A DNA stretch of 59,494 nt from Saccostrea cucullata (taxonomy: Eukaryota), in NCBI RefSeq assembly GCF_032062105.1, contig NW_026934651.1, positions 1 through 59,494 of the forward strand. Direction: 5' to 3'. Below are positions 1 to 12,570 of the stretch, piece by piece. A model generated the notes under the pieces. It made no database searches. It saw only the letters and a list, made by a program, of their open reading frames with translations, and had not been told where the DNA came from. A program made the position numbers and the translations under genes. Positions within the stretch are counted from its first letter, which is position 1. Every line of letters starts with the position of its first letter.

Positions 1-354
1 TAATTGAAGTTGTAGGTCATTATTTGATGTTTCGAGTCTTGTAATTTTTTCATAGAGAGGCTGGACGGCTTTTGCTACTTCTTTCCTGACTAGTTCAGCA
101 ATTTCATCCTGAATTGTTAACTTTACAGCGGTGGCTATGCGTGCAATGTCATCCTCACCAATTACTACTTGGTGTGTCATGGAAGGAATGGGTGGAAATT
201 CCTTGGGATCCAGCTCTCTCAGAGGGGTGGAGGTGGTTATGTGAGATAGTTCAGACACAGACCCATCCCTCTGTTTTTTAGGTGACCTCATGATGTCTGA
301 AAATGACTTAGACATATCACTTAAGTTCCTCTTGTTGTCCCCTTTCTCGGCCAT
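1..354 (-). mobile_element. 5' part of a LINE ORF1 (CR1/L2-like coiled-coil N-terminus), running off the window
   Basis: Frame is open from ATG at 354 to base 1: MAEKGDNKRNLSDMSK...DDIARIATAVKLTIQDEIAELVRKEVAKAVQPLYEKITRLETSNNDLQLQL. It is intronless, has heptad character and resembles LINE ORF1 N-termini. It is missing from the ORF track because there is no stop in the window. Confidence 0.55.
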
Positions 355-1465
355 TGGTTATACACAGACCAATACAAATATAGGGAATTGTGTATTGACA
401 ATATTATCAGTGTTACTGAAAAAAGTTTTATCTAGAGCTGTTCTGTACTGATGACCATTTGTTTACCGATAATTGACACAAATAAAGCACATATGAAATG
501 AACTTATACGATGAAATTCGACAGGCGTTTGAAACGACGTTGCCAGGAGGTCGTGAGTAGTTATCAACAATATAAATAGTGTCAAAGTTATTTCGAGCTA
601 CTCACGTCTGTATAAGCTTTTTTTCCTAGCAAAACATAATCACTATTTGTTCAATACCCCTCCTGTAGTCTTCCAATATCTTTTTTTCACAATTCACCCA
701 CGACTTTTGGAAATTTTCTACATATTTACACCAGCAGATTTTGAGCCAACCGCCACTACCAAGGGGCGCAACTCTCCTCCTTTGATGTTTGAGTAGTTTT
801 TACATAAAAGTACAGAACTAAAATTTAAACTAAGCTTTAGTTTTACTTTAATAAAACTGCAACAAATATGAAATATGTAGGGCTCTTCGCTCTCTCTTAG
901 AGGGATATTAACATCCCCCAACTCCCTCTAGATCCACCACTACATTTCTTCTCTTTCAGTGTTGAGATGTGGCGGGAAAACGCATGGCACATTGTAAAAC
1001 GCGCTTTATCCTAGTCTCTTGGACCAAAATGTTGTAAGATTCTGTGCTTTTAAGAAATAAATATTTCATCAAATTTTTGAAAATTTTCCATAGAAAATGT
1101 ATAAATATACACGTCAATTCAAAATAAATACAACAAATCTCGTTTAGGCTGTTTAAAAAGAGAAAGTAAAACTGTTGATTTACAACGCTGCCTTTGTTTT
1201 AGACTATGCCTACTCATAACTTCGCCGCACTTCAATCATGTCGGAGTATGTCAATCAGGATTGGATGAAACACTTACCCCCATTATATATAAGATTTTAA
1301 TTTAATGATTATTGTGCTTTTTGTTAAACATTTAAAAATATCTTTGTTTTATATTCTATAATATGAACGTTAAATATTTTTATTCAAATTGTTGTAACTC
1401 CGCAGAAACGCAGGTCGACTTCAAACTTTCATATCAAGTAACCGACCGCCTCCTGGCGGCCGGTA

Positions 1466-2270
1466 ATAACACAATACAAAATAGAAGCAGAGCAAACACG
1501 GACCTCCAAAACATCGGAGGTGGGGTCATGTGCCATGGAGGAGTGAGCATCCCCTCCCGACCGGTCACAAGCGCCGTAGGCCCCTTTTCATGATTGGGAA
1601 ATAACGGGAAAATCCCAGTTCAGTGTAAATAATTGATTAACAATAAGTATGAAAAACGTCTGTCAGCATTTGGCTCAATGATAAATTAGTTTTGCTGACA
1701 AGGTCATTGTATCGACCATAGAACTTACAAAATGATAACTTTAAACGAGACTGCTTCAATTTTTGTTTCACCAACTTGTTTGAAAATAATTTACCTCGTT
1801 TCTAGTGTCTCTTCGACACTGATTACTTTTAGAACTCTACATAACCACGTTTAAAGTAAATGACCATCTGCAAAAATAGAACATATATAATATACTGCGA
1901 ATACATAGGGTTCTATCAAACAGATTTTATTATATCAAAAATTTTAATTCTAAAATATGAAGAGTCGTATTTTCCGAGCCTCTTTCTTTACTCTTCACTG
2001 AAATATTCGCAACTACAGGAGAACTGTCCAACAATATATTCGAGAAGTGGTGTAAATCAGATGTGGATACTTAAAACTTTTAAGGAACTTTAAGATAATT
2101 TGAAATCACAAAATTTAACAAAATAATTAACATAAAAAACGTACGACTTTTCAACACTTTTATAAATAGTCCTCACGATACATTTGACAACATTTATAGT
2201 TGCTTTTTCAATAAATATGGAGCTCATTAATATTCACACCTATTCATTCCCCATTTGTAAAATTATTTTC
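1466..2270 (-). mobile_element. Degraded Penelope-like element fragments (3' UTR plus RT remnants)
   Basis: 1530-1580 is the reverse complement of the 3' motif at 2890-2940 (acggcgggtgtgaccagtcggcaggggatgctcactcctc). Decayed RT-like codons lie on the minus strand further right. Confidence 0.55.
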
Positions 2271-2399
2271 ATAAAAGTATGTTTATGGTACACACAAGTA
2301 CTCTGAAGATGCTTACGTTTGTAGGTTTTGGAAATCATGTTTCCAATAATCCAACAGACGTGTTTTGTATTCATGAAACTTCAAACTCAGATTAATCGA

Positions 2400-2960
2400 T
2401 GACTTATTATCAATTAACAATAGTTATTTCCATTTATATGTCAACAAAATATATCCCAGTGAGCTTGAAATAAAAGCTACCAGAGGGTCTGAAACATTTG
2501 AATTGGTTCATATCTTAGATATTTTATTAGAAAAATATTTTAATGGTAACTTAAAAACAAATCTTTGATATACATGATGATTTCAAATGTTCGATAATCA
2601 ACTTTCCTTACTTATGTAGCAAACCCTTATCACTTGTATTTGGGATGTATGTCTCTCAGTTGTTTCGATACACAACAGCATGCTCTACTTGAGATCAAAT
2701 TCTAAAACGAGGCAAGCTTTTGATATACTAGTTGGTGAAACAAGAACATGAACAGTCTCGTTTGAAGTCATAATTTTTTGGTCGATACAGAGTCAAATGC
2801 TGACTGACGTTTTACATACTAATTGCTAGTCCATTATTTACACACTGAATTGATTGCTTTTTTCGTTTTCCAGGTAATGACAGGGAGCACACGGCGGGTG
2901 TGACCAGTCGGCAGGGGATGCTCACTCCTCAATAGCACCTTATCGTTAATTTAAGGTGCT
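2400..2960 (+). mobile_element. Degraded Penelope-like RT C-terminus and 3' UTR
   Basis: Broken translation IYPSELEIK...SYLDILL...DDF...IINFPYLCS...GMYVSQLFRY..ACS matches the thumb region of a PLE RT type common in bivalves, followed by a GC-rich 3' motif. Confidence 0.65.
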
Positions 2961-3419
2961 CTGCTCCTGATTTGTATACAGTACATGTAGTTTGAATGAA
3001 TTTTTAAACTTGATTACCGTTTATTTGATAAAATATACAAAAATCATGTACAAGTATATCAAGTACATTATACATAGAGAGAGAGAAGACACCGTGTATC
3101 TTTTTCTTTGTTACCAATACTTGGAAATTCAATTTTATGTCTCATATGAACATTTTATATTTACATTTAATAATATGTGAATACAACAAAAGATCTATGA
3201 GTATAAATTTGGACATCCACTCTAATTATAGTGCCTAAGACATTTGCTGCCGTTGTAAGTATTTACTTGATTTGGTTTGCTTTGATTTGAAATCAATCTA
3301 AATTTCTATAGATCAAATAGAGAAGAGGCCTAATTAAGGAACTCTTTATATATTTTTTAAAATCATTTTGAAAAAAAAATGGCCTTTACTCTTGAATTTG
3401 ACCTACATTAGTGGAAACT

Positions 3420-3731
3420 TTAATCTCCCGATGAACCAGCATTCTACAGTTGGTTCTAAGGATTCACATCACATTTATTCCTAATGGCGAAATCCTAGTG
3501 GTACCAATTTTTTCTCTATGACCTTGACTTTGGAGCATGGACACCTACTACCTAACATTTATTTTAGCCATATATATTTACTGAATACTTGATTTTCGGG
3601 TTTTCATATTAGCAAACCAACATTGTTGAACTCATTTTCTTTAAACTTGGAGTTTGACATATGAAGAAGTTCAACGCTGGCCTTGTTCTGCCATACTGGG
3701 GCATCAGTGTTTTCGGAACACTTCTTGTTTT
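3420..3731 (+). mobile_element. Helentron/HINE-like non-autonomous remnant
   Basis: Contains TGACCTTGAC core motifs and the 3' end ggggcatcagtgttttcggaacacttcttgtttt. The same end motif recurs at 59330-59365. Confidence 0.45.
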
Positions 3732-4554
3732 TCATGAATCCGACTTATTGAAAAACCCACAGAAATCGCTGTTTTATTTTGATATGAAAAAATAACACTC
3801 ACATATTCCATGAGATCTAAAAGTAAATCGAAATTTTTTGAGAGACTACATAATGCAGAATAAGGCGTCTAGTAATCTCCAAGTATTCAATTTATTTCTA
3901 TACATAAAATGGATTCCAGATTGCCACATAATCTGAAGCTGCCGAATTTCTGATAAAAGTGTTAAAACTATATTTATTCTAATTAATGAAGTGGAATGAA
4001 CAGCAGGTATAAATGTTTTTGATCATTCTCTACATAAAACAATTCTGATAAAATCCCCAAAAATTCCACACTCAGGAGGAGTCCCATCAAAATTTGAGGT
4101 GAGCAATACATTTTTTATCAACTTTATAATTACTTATCACCTAAAACGCGTACGCTCCATGAAGTTAAGGAGATGACGAAATCTTGATACGTTGAACATC
4201 TATTTTATTTCGACTCATACATAAACCGTTTTAATTATTTGGGTGGACTGTTTCAGTAGCATACATAAAAATGCTGAAATTTGTCAACAGAAAAAAAATC
4301 ATAGTTCATGTTTCAATTCTGACACTATGATGCAAAAAACCTTCGAAAAAAGAATGACATCTCGTTCGAACTATCTTTTTTTTTCTGAAAAATGGTTTCA
4401 AAAGCTGAGTGTGAATGTATGAACGCTACAATGAGTAGAAAAAGAGATAAACCAAAATATAACTTTGTATGCCTATTCCTTTAATCTGACTCCAAAATCA
4501 AAGTTGACAACAGTCAATGAATACAGAATAGTAAACCCAAAAATATTACTCAAA

Positions 4555-4586
4555 CAGGCAAGCTAAAATGTGAATATTTATAAAAG
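4555..4586 (+). promoter_or_regulatory. Conserved C1q-gene core promoter (AGG[T/C][G/A]AGCTAAA...TATAAAAG), copy 1
   Basis: TATAAAAG at 4579-4586. The same block precedes all four paralogues about 100-115 bp before the ATG (8667, 14988, 37731). Confidence 0.6.
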
Positions 4587-4967
4587 CATTTTCACAACAT
4601 GAACGTTTTATATAGCCTCCTCGAGCTACAGAGCAGAAACGAATTAACAGGGCAAAACTTAGAATAACATTTTAAGATGTTCCTTTATCATTTGCCGCTT
4701 CTCTGTGTATTTGTCTCAACGGCTGAATTGACCATCCTCCTGAAAGGCCGGAATTTGACCAGCGTTGAAGAGCGTTTATCTAGATTGGAACAGACCACAG
4801 ATCGTCGGCTGAACGCCACAGAGCGAGTGTTAGGACAGCTACTGACAGGGAGAAGTGACGCCGATGTGTCCTCAATGGATGTCCTTGGTATCAGATCTAG
4901 TAAGAATTTTTTTTAAGAATGAATCTTGTTTTTTATAAACAAGGGAAATCATTTTCAATTCGATTTA

Positions 4968-5188
4968 CCGTATAAGTAGAGTTTTTTTTAGCGAGGATTT
5001 AATTTTGGCATTATTAGCAAGGGGGCCAGGATCGCTAAAATTGAATATCGCTAAAAATTAATTGCGTATTATTTGTAAAAGCTTCTTTAGTTAGTATTAT
5101 AAAATCGCTAAAATTGCTTCTCGCTAAAAATAAAATACCAGATTTTAGGTAGAAAATTTGCGTCTCGCTAAAATTTCCACTTATACGG
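4968..5188. mobile_element. Tc1/mariner-type MITE in the C1q copy 1 intron
   Basis: TA|CCGTATAAGT...ACTTATACGG|TA termini, internal TCGCTAAAA repeats, 221 bp. Confidence 0.85.
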
Positions 5189-5398
5189 TATTTAGGCACT
5201 GCAGTAATGTGCATTTCTTGCATTTAAAAAAAATGCTTCTGTAAAAAAAACTTAATATCTGATACCAGGGTAAATCATAAGATGTATTTCATTTTAAAAC
5301 CCTAGACTACGGCAACCAACTTAACTTCAGAGAAAATTCTGCAAATTAGCAGCACCACATCGATAATTGAAGGCTTTAGACTTGGAAGTTGTAATTAT

Positions 5399-5942
5399 GG
5401 TATCCGACCCATAAAAGGACATAATTTTCTAACCTTAAATATCCATCCTCTATTGAATACTCTGTATCTATTTTAAAGCAGATAAGAGTAGAAAAAGATT
5501 TACCAGGAGAAATCTTTAAAAATATATTACTCGAGCATTATTTATTCATTAATTAAGAAGGCATTGAGGTTTATGGGAACAAGCATTTTTTTTAAAATAA
5601 AAATTTAAATACTATGAATATCAAAAAATGCTATGGTGGAAAGATATATAAAATACTATGAATATCAAAAAATGCTATGGTGGAAAGATATATATAATTT
5701 TTAAAAATAGAAAAATAATTTTTCACCAGATAGATTAAAAAAGATAAATTCTATTGATTAAAAGCAAAGGCGGATAACTCTTCAAGGACGGGTCAAGGTA
5801 AAATATTAGAACAAGTTCTGTTCTTACATATTGAGATTAAATATGAAGATTATGTCAACATAATTATACCGAGTATTCAGCCAATATATACCTGTTATGC
5901 ACTAAGATTCATTGAATCTGAGGCTATCGCGGATCGGATACC
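5399..5942. mobile_element. Kolobok-like non-autonomous DNA transposon
   Basis: TIR GGTATCCGA...TCGGATACC flanked by TTAT and TTAA (a TTAA TSD with one change). Contains a 44-bp tandem duplication at 5607-5694. Confidence 0.65.
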
Positions 5943-6261
5943 TTAAATGACTAAATCTTTTTAAATAGGTGTCCTGGCCAACCAATCAGATCCTGTCATT
6001 TTTTCTGCATACAAATCCTCAGGTATTGGAGGTAGTGAATTTTATACCCAGCTTATTGTAGGGGGTACATCTCGTGCTTCAAGTTATATCCCTTATCCAT
6101 GAGGAGCAGACTCCAGTTCAGCGATGGTGATCATAAATGTGAACAAAGATGACCATGTCTGGATACAAATTTACGGTTCCAATGTATACGTCTATGGCGG
6201 GAGTACTGGCGAGGGAAACATTCAGTCGACCTTCACTGGAATTCTTCAAAGACACACATAA

Positions 6262-8771
6262 TGTCGTGTAATCTTACTAAGGAAACGTTATCCTGCATTA
6301 GACGAAAGAAAATAAATATAAGAGTACCAGTATAATCAAGAAGCTCCTTCTAAAATAAATGAAGAATACATTTCTGAAATAACGGAATAATTGTCATGAT
6401 TATATACATTATAATAAATTTGTATTAATGAGAAACTATTGATGATTTCATATACTTCTACCGATTTAAAATCTGAAACTAAAATTTGTTTTAAGAATAT
6501 TTTCTGTTACAAAATCCATTTTTGCCCATGACACCAGGGGTAATTTTTAATCTTTCTGTCTTTTCTTACCATATCAATACATGTATATCATTTACATGCT
6601 ATAGAGTCGCGGAGTACGTTGATTCTTACGTCGCGGGTTCGAATCCACTGCGGGAAGTGGGGAAAAGTCTTTCTGGTGAGACCGTATTTATAAGCCGGTG
6701 TCCTGTATCGCAGAAGGTGTTGGTCCAAAAAGATCCCTCACAGCTCAATGGCCACAAGTATAGTACTACCCTCCACCGGCACAGTATTTGCAGCCCTCCA
6801 CCGGCAAGTAGTGACATCTCCATATGAGTGAAAAATTCTCGAGAGGGAGTTAAACAAACAAACAAAATTTACTGCTCATACGTATATTATCAAAATTTTT
6901 GTTGGATTGAAGAATATAGCTTGATTAGTTTCCTTAAATAGATTATGATGAACTCCTTGTAAATTGATTGCATAAGAACTGTTATAGGAATTGCACTTTC
7001 GTATTATAGGCAGGCCAGTTTGAAGAATGTTCATCAAGATTAGATGTGTGATTTGATGTGGATCCATTTGTCTTTCACTCAATTTTTAAGATTTGTGCTG
7101 AACTTAATTCTGTCATTTTCTTCTAGAATATTTTTAAACTGAGTTTTCAGAGTTGGAGAATTCAGGTATTTTATTGCTGTGGATATCGTAATTAATTAAA
7201 AATGACTTGTGATTTTGAAGAATCTCTTCCTTAGAAAAGGAACCACGAGTAGATGTTTTATCTCCACTCATAAATAGAACTAAATCAAAGTTCCTCTAAA
7301 ATGCGATAGCAATATTGAACATTACGGAAAATTAAGACCATTGTCCTTTGGGACTAGTATCTAATTAATTCTTAATATGAAAGAAGATGTGCGAACAAGG
7401 CGTGCAGAATGTCTAGAGTGCGACAAAATTAAAAGTGAAAAATTAATTCATAAAATCTTACTTAAAACAAATTTTCATTAATGCTTCATCTAACATTAAA
7501 GTGTACTTTAAGTAAAATCTTCAGAACTTGAACAAACCTCACAATTAAAGATTGAAATTATTAGCCTTTGAAAAAGCATATATAGTTTCACACACTATTA
7601 AAAGAGGATAAAAAGGACCATTTTCTCATAGTAAAACATAATTTTTCAATATATGTGAGTCTTCGCTCCATTATTTTGGAAAGTTTATCTATAAAGTTTG
7701 TCGAAATTTGACTTTTATTTATTTATTTTTTAGATGGGAATAAAAAAAGACTTGAATGATGTTGACATTCTTTCATTCAATCAATATTAAGGCCGAGAAA
7801 TGATACGAACCCCACACTAATACTACACTTAGGAAGTTTCCCTCCAGAATTTGAAGTGAGCAATATGATTACAAATAATTCCCAGGATTCGATGGAGCAT
7901 GTTTAATTACATGGAGATGAAAAGCCCTCTTAAGCTAAAGAGAAAAGGAAAACTTGGTTATTTGAAATACTAGCGCTGTTTACGAAATAATGAATTACTA
8001 ATCTAATATTTGGAAGTTATAATTTTGACATGTACTTACGTAAAATATCAATTAGTAAACGACACGTTGGCCTATTTTAGTAACCTGTATGAATGGAATC
8101 ATTATACTTTTGATGTAAGAACAGAAAAAGTTAACACGCAACAAAATGGGGGGATGGCGCTTAGTTTAATGCTTTGATTCTCAGAAAATGGTTTATGATA
8201 GTTTCTATATTTATTGGGCAGTAGTCTAAATTAAAGGTGGACGGATGACTGGAAAAAATTATTTATATTTGCCCACATACAAGGAAAAATGTAGAATTAT
8301 GCAATGATTTAAATTGACAGAAACGGTCAAAACAACCATTTTGAGACAAGTATACATAAATATGTAAATCAGCAGCAGGCACATGGTATCTGGGAGAGCT
8401 GCCTCCATAATTTCTGCAGACACAACCTGTTATAATTGTTTAAGAAAAGTCATTAAAAAGCTAGCTGGTTATCCCCTCCCCTCTTTGTTGGAGAAGAGTT
8501 AAATCAGAGTAATTTGGTTTTGAAAACAGTTGGACATTAGCTCCCCCCCCCCCCCCCCCCCCCCGGACAAACACGAAACTTCTGCAACCCCCTTTCGAAA
8601 ATGATTAACTAATTGCTATAGCAGTCTGCGATACTGAGTGAAGAGGTGAGCTAAAATATAAATATCTATAAAAGAGCTCTCTGTTTAAAAAAATTAATAT
8701 TTTAGCATGGAACTGCGTAGCACCACTATAACATTTTTACGTTAAAAATAGTTTCAGCAATTAATCCAGAG
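6262..8771 (+). repeat. Intergenic unit of the C1q tandem duplication
   Basis: Colinear and highly similar to 9841-15096 once two insertions are removed. More diverged homology at 16150-17062 and about 37260-37400. Confidence 0.9.
6600..6866 (+). mobile_element. tRNA-derived SINE
   Basis: B-box GGTTCGAATCC at about 6636, a conserved body and an (AAAC)n tail. A paralogous copy is at 10170-10460. Confidence 0.8.
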
Positions 8772-9840
8772 ATGCTCATCTATCATTTGCCGCTTCTTTT
8801 TTGCCATAATCACGGAAGTGATGTCGATGTGTTATCATTGGATGTTCTATCCCTTAGACATGGTAAGATGAACTATAGAGGTCTATTTTTCCAAACAAAA
8901 AGAAAAACATACAGAAAACTTAATGTGCATGTATTTCCCTTAACATTATATAAATATTGCATGTAGTTGAGTGAAACATTGAAAATTTTCACCCCAAGAA
9001 AACCATTGTCAACCTCAGCTGCGCCTCGATTGACAATGGTTTTCTTGAGGTGAAAATTTTCAATGTTACACTCAACTACATGCAATATTTATTATATTAT
9101 ACTGAATGTTTTATACAAATACATATTACAGTGAACCGTGCGCATAAATTCTGCGCAGTCGCTTTTTTGGAATACCACCCGTCGTCAAGCAATGTTGACT
9201 GTTGTTACGCAGGAGGGCTTGGCTTCATTATTCAGCGGGTAGAAGTGTTTTTTATCAAATGTTTCTCGACGAATCAGATTCAAGTAATTTACATGAAAGT
9301 ATAATATAATAAAATAGATTGCCAACAAAATTGGTTTGTTGTAGCCATTTTAAATCCACTGCAGTTTTAAAACATAATTTCTGTGAAATTTCATTTCATG
9401 TAAAGGTGTCCTGACCGATCAATCAGATCCTGTGCTTTTTTCTGCATATAAATCCTCATCAATTGGCGGTATCAGTACCCGGACAATCATAAGATTTGAA
9501 CAGATGTACATCAACAAAGGAAACCATTAACATACAGAGGACGGGATCTTTATTGCTCCCCAGACAAGCATTTACATGTTCCACTGGACCATAGCTACAG
9601 GAGGCATGCAGCAGTGCTTTTTATGCCCAGCTGATTGTAGGAGGTACATCTCGCGCTTCTAGTTTTGTGCCTCGTCCAGGAGGACCAGACTCCAGTTCAG
9701 CGATGATGATTATTAACGAGAACAAAGAAGATCATGTCTGGATTCAGATTTATGGATCAAGTGAGCATGTCTATGGCGGGGGTCATGGCGAGGGAAACAT
9801 TCAGTCGACCTTCACTGGAATTTTTCTAAGACACACATAA
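8772..9840 (+). pseudogene. C1q-domain-containing gene, copy 2 (pseudogene)
   Basis: Exon 8772-8862 has the coiled coil deleted. Exon 9406-9840 has a TAC>TAA stop at 9528-9530 and a 7-nt frameshifting insertion near 9603. Confidence 0.9.
8948..9305. mobile_element. Hairpin-bearing non-autonomous insertion (Crypton-like) in the C1q copy 2 intron
   Basis: Near-perfect inverted arms of about 65 bp at 8948-9092 around the loop cctcagctgcgcctcg. The segment is absent from the homologous copy 3 intron. Confidence 0.55.
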
Positions 9841-10169
9841 TGTCGTGTAATCTTACTAAGGAAACGTTATCCTGCATTAGACGAAAGAAAATAGAAAATA
9901 AATATTAGTTTAATCACGAAGCTCCTTCCAAAATTAATGAAGAATACATTTCTGAAATAACGGAATAATTGTCATGATTATATACATTTATGATAAATTT
10001 TGTATAAATGAGAAACTATTGATGATTTCATATACTTCTACCGATTTAAAATCTGAAAGTAAAATTTGTTTTAAGAATATTTTATGTTATAAAATGCATT
10101 TTTGTCCATGACACCAGGAGTAATTTTTAATCTGTCTGTCTTTTCTTGCCATATCAATATAATTTACTC

Positions 10170-10460
10170 ATGCGCTAAATGCGCTAGAGTCGCGGAATAA
10201 GTTGATTCTTACGTCGCGGGTTTGAATCCATTGCGGGGAGTGGGGAAAAGTCCTTCTGGTGAGACCGTATTTATATGTGTCGCAGAAGGTGTTGGTCCAG
10301 AAAGATCCCTCACAGCTCAAAGGCCACAAGATTACTAGTAGTACAATCCTCCACCGGCACAGTATTTGCAGCCCTTCACCGGCAAGTGGTGGCGTCTCCA
10401 TATGAGTGAAAAAATCTCGAGAGGGAGTTAAACAAACAAAAAAAAAACAACAAAAAAAAC
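10170..10460 (+). mobile_element. tRNA-derived SINE (duplicated with the C1q unit)
   Basis: Same position and sequence as 6600-6866, with B-box variant GGTTTGAATCC and an A/AAAC tail. Confidence 0.8.
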
Positions 10461-11255
10461 AAATGCTCATGCGTATATTATCAAAATTTTTGTTGGTTTG
10501 AAGAATATAGCTTGATTAGTTTCCTTATATAAATTATGATGAACTCCTTGTAAATTGATGGCAAAGAACTGTTATAGGAATTGCACTTTCGTATTATAGA
10601 CAGGCCAATTTGAAGAATGTTCGTCAAGATTCTAGGTGTGATTTGATGTGGATCTATTTGTCTTTCACTCAATTTTCAAGATTTGTGCTAAATTTAATTC
10701 TGTCATTTTCTTCTAAAATATTTTTATACTGAGTTTACTGAGTTAAACTTTGCTAGATCCCGCTGTGTACCTCCTAAAAGATTTTTTGAAGTTCAGGATT
10801 TAATTAAATTTAGGTATTTGATTACTGGGGATATAAGAATTATTTAAAACTGACTTGTGATTTTGAAGAATTTCTTCCTTAGGAAGGGAACCACGAGTAG
10901 GTTTTATCTCCACTCATAAATAGAACTAAATCAAATTAAGTTCCTCTACAATGCGATAGCAATATTGAACATTAAGAAACATTGAGACCATTGTCCTTAG
11001 GGACTAGTATCTAGCTAATTCTCTGCATGAGCGAAGATGTGCGACAAAGCGTGCAAAACGTAGTGCGACAAAATTAAAAGTGAATAATTAATTCATAAAA
11101 TCTTACTTAAAACAAATTTTCTTTAATACTTCATTTAACATTAAAGTGTACTTTAAGTAAAGTCTTTAGAACTTGCAAAAATCTCAGATTGAAATTATTT
11201 GCCTTTGGAATAGCATAGTTACAACTACTGTTAAAAGAGGATAAAAAGACCATTT

Positions 11256-12466
11256 CAGGGTTCTCCACAAGGGTTTCTGCCATGGCGGCCCGCCATGGTT
11301 AAATTTACGTGCGCCATGGTTAAACCAACTGCGCCATGGTTAAAACGGCAGCCGACATGATGACATTTTATTGCATTTCAGTCCTGACACCTACTATTTT
11401 AATTAATTGAGTAGTTAATTGTGTTTATACAACGACTGCCATGCACCCCGCATGCCTCGAAGGAAAGCGGACTGTGTGAAACAAACACGTCGCTATTGAC
11501 TCGTTAATCAGCGACTATCCTGTGAAGTGTGACAATCAATGGATAGTCAATCAGCTGATCAGATGATCAATGTATTGAGAGTTTATTATCCTGTACACGT
11601 GTAAATAATTTTGTGGAACTTCAACATGTTTACTACTTGATTAGATATATAACGGGTTTTAAAAAGATGACAATTACCAGCATGATAAACGTCATGCATG
11701 CAATTCAAGTTTCTGTACTCTGTAAAATTTTCATATTCCTCTGTACTTAATCGATTTCCCATGCTCTGTTTTTTAAGCTTTAACTTTATTACCTTTTTGA
11801 TAAAATGTGCATAGGGCCTACGGCTTAATCATGTTAATCGCCGTCTTAGTTTTAATCGCCGTCTTAGTCTTAGTCTTAGTTTTAGAGTTACTTCCCGTTG
11901 TTATGAAACGTCGCGTGGCGCTATTTTTAGCACTGGGCACGCGGAGAAGTAAACAAAACTTGATGAAATATGCAATATCTAGAAAATAAAAACGTTTAGA
12001 AATAAAGGACACTGGTCCAAATGTCCTTTGTGTATTAACTTAAAAAATACAAACCATTCATCAGTTTTAGTCATACTGAAACAAAACATTTCATGCAACA
12101 GACTACAATTCTTAGAAATTCTTAATTTCTGAAAAAAATATTGCCATGGTTACTGACTTACTGTACCAACAATTCTTCTTTAAAATTCCTTCAGAAGGTT
12201 ACTACAGTTTTGGGCAAATTTTGGTACATTTGTGAAGTAAGATACAGGATAATTATAAATCCTTTTCAATTAAATTATTTTTTTCTTAACTTTAAAAAGT
12301 GTAAGTTATTCCATTGTTTTGTGTTGCAGTAGGTAAGTTAAAAAATTGTAAAACCAATCATCGATTAATGAAGATTAGGAAGTCTAACACGCATTCGTGT
12401 TTTCGGCAACATTTCGCCTTCGCGCAGCTTCCTCTATGGTTAAATTTTCAAATGTGGAGAACCCTG
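11256..12466. mobile_element. Non-autonomous hAT-like element with a 6-bp TSD
   Basis: 14-bp perfect TIR CAGGGTTCTCCACA/TGTGGAGAACCCTG and TSD CCATTT. The empty site is visible at about 7615-7630. Subterminal CGCCATGGTTAAA repeats. Confidence 0.85.
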
Positions 12467-12570
12467 CCATTTACGCATAGTATAACACATTTTTCAATAT
12501 AAGTGAGTCTTCGCTCCATCATTTTGAAAAGTTTATTTTCAAAGTTTGTCGACATTTGTCTTTCATTTAT

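Larger units (their letters stand above)
4677..6261 (+). pseudogene. C1q-domain-containing gene, copy 1 (pseudogene)
   Basis: Exon 4677-4899 encodes signal peptide and coiled coil and ends at GTAAG. Exon 5969-6261 encodes gC1q (VIFSAYK...KDDHVWIQ...STFTGIL). It has an in-frame 135-nt deletion relative to copy 3 and a GGA>TGA stop at 6100-6102. Confidence 0.9.

Noticed and set aside
6100-6102. In-frame TGA read as selenocysteine
   Set aside because: Paralogues have Gly (GGA) here rather than Cys, the copy also lacks 45 core codons, and no SECIS was recognised.
6600-6660. tRNA gene
   Set aside because: A B-box is present but there is no complete cloverleaf, and the sequence continues into a SINE body and (AAAC)n tail.
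6876-7082. Repeated short minus-strand ORF MSERQ... (also 10481-10672)
   Set aside because: It comes from the duplicated spacer, and the copies differ by frameshifts, so it is not conserved as protein.
11807-12012. Hydrophobic membrane-peptide ORF and its antisense ORF
   Set aside because: Both are produced by short GTCTTA/TTAATCGCC repeats inside a non-autonomous transposon.
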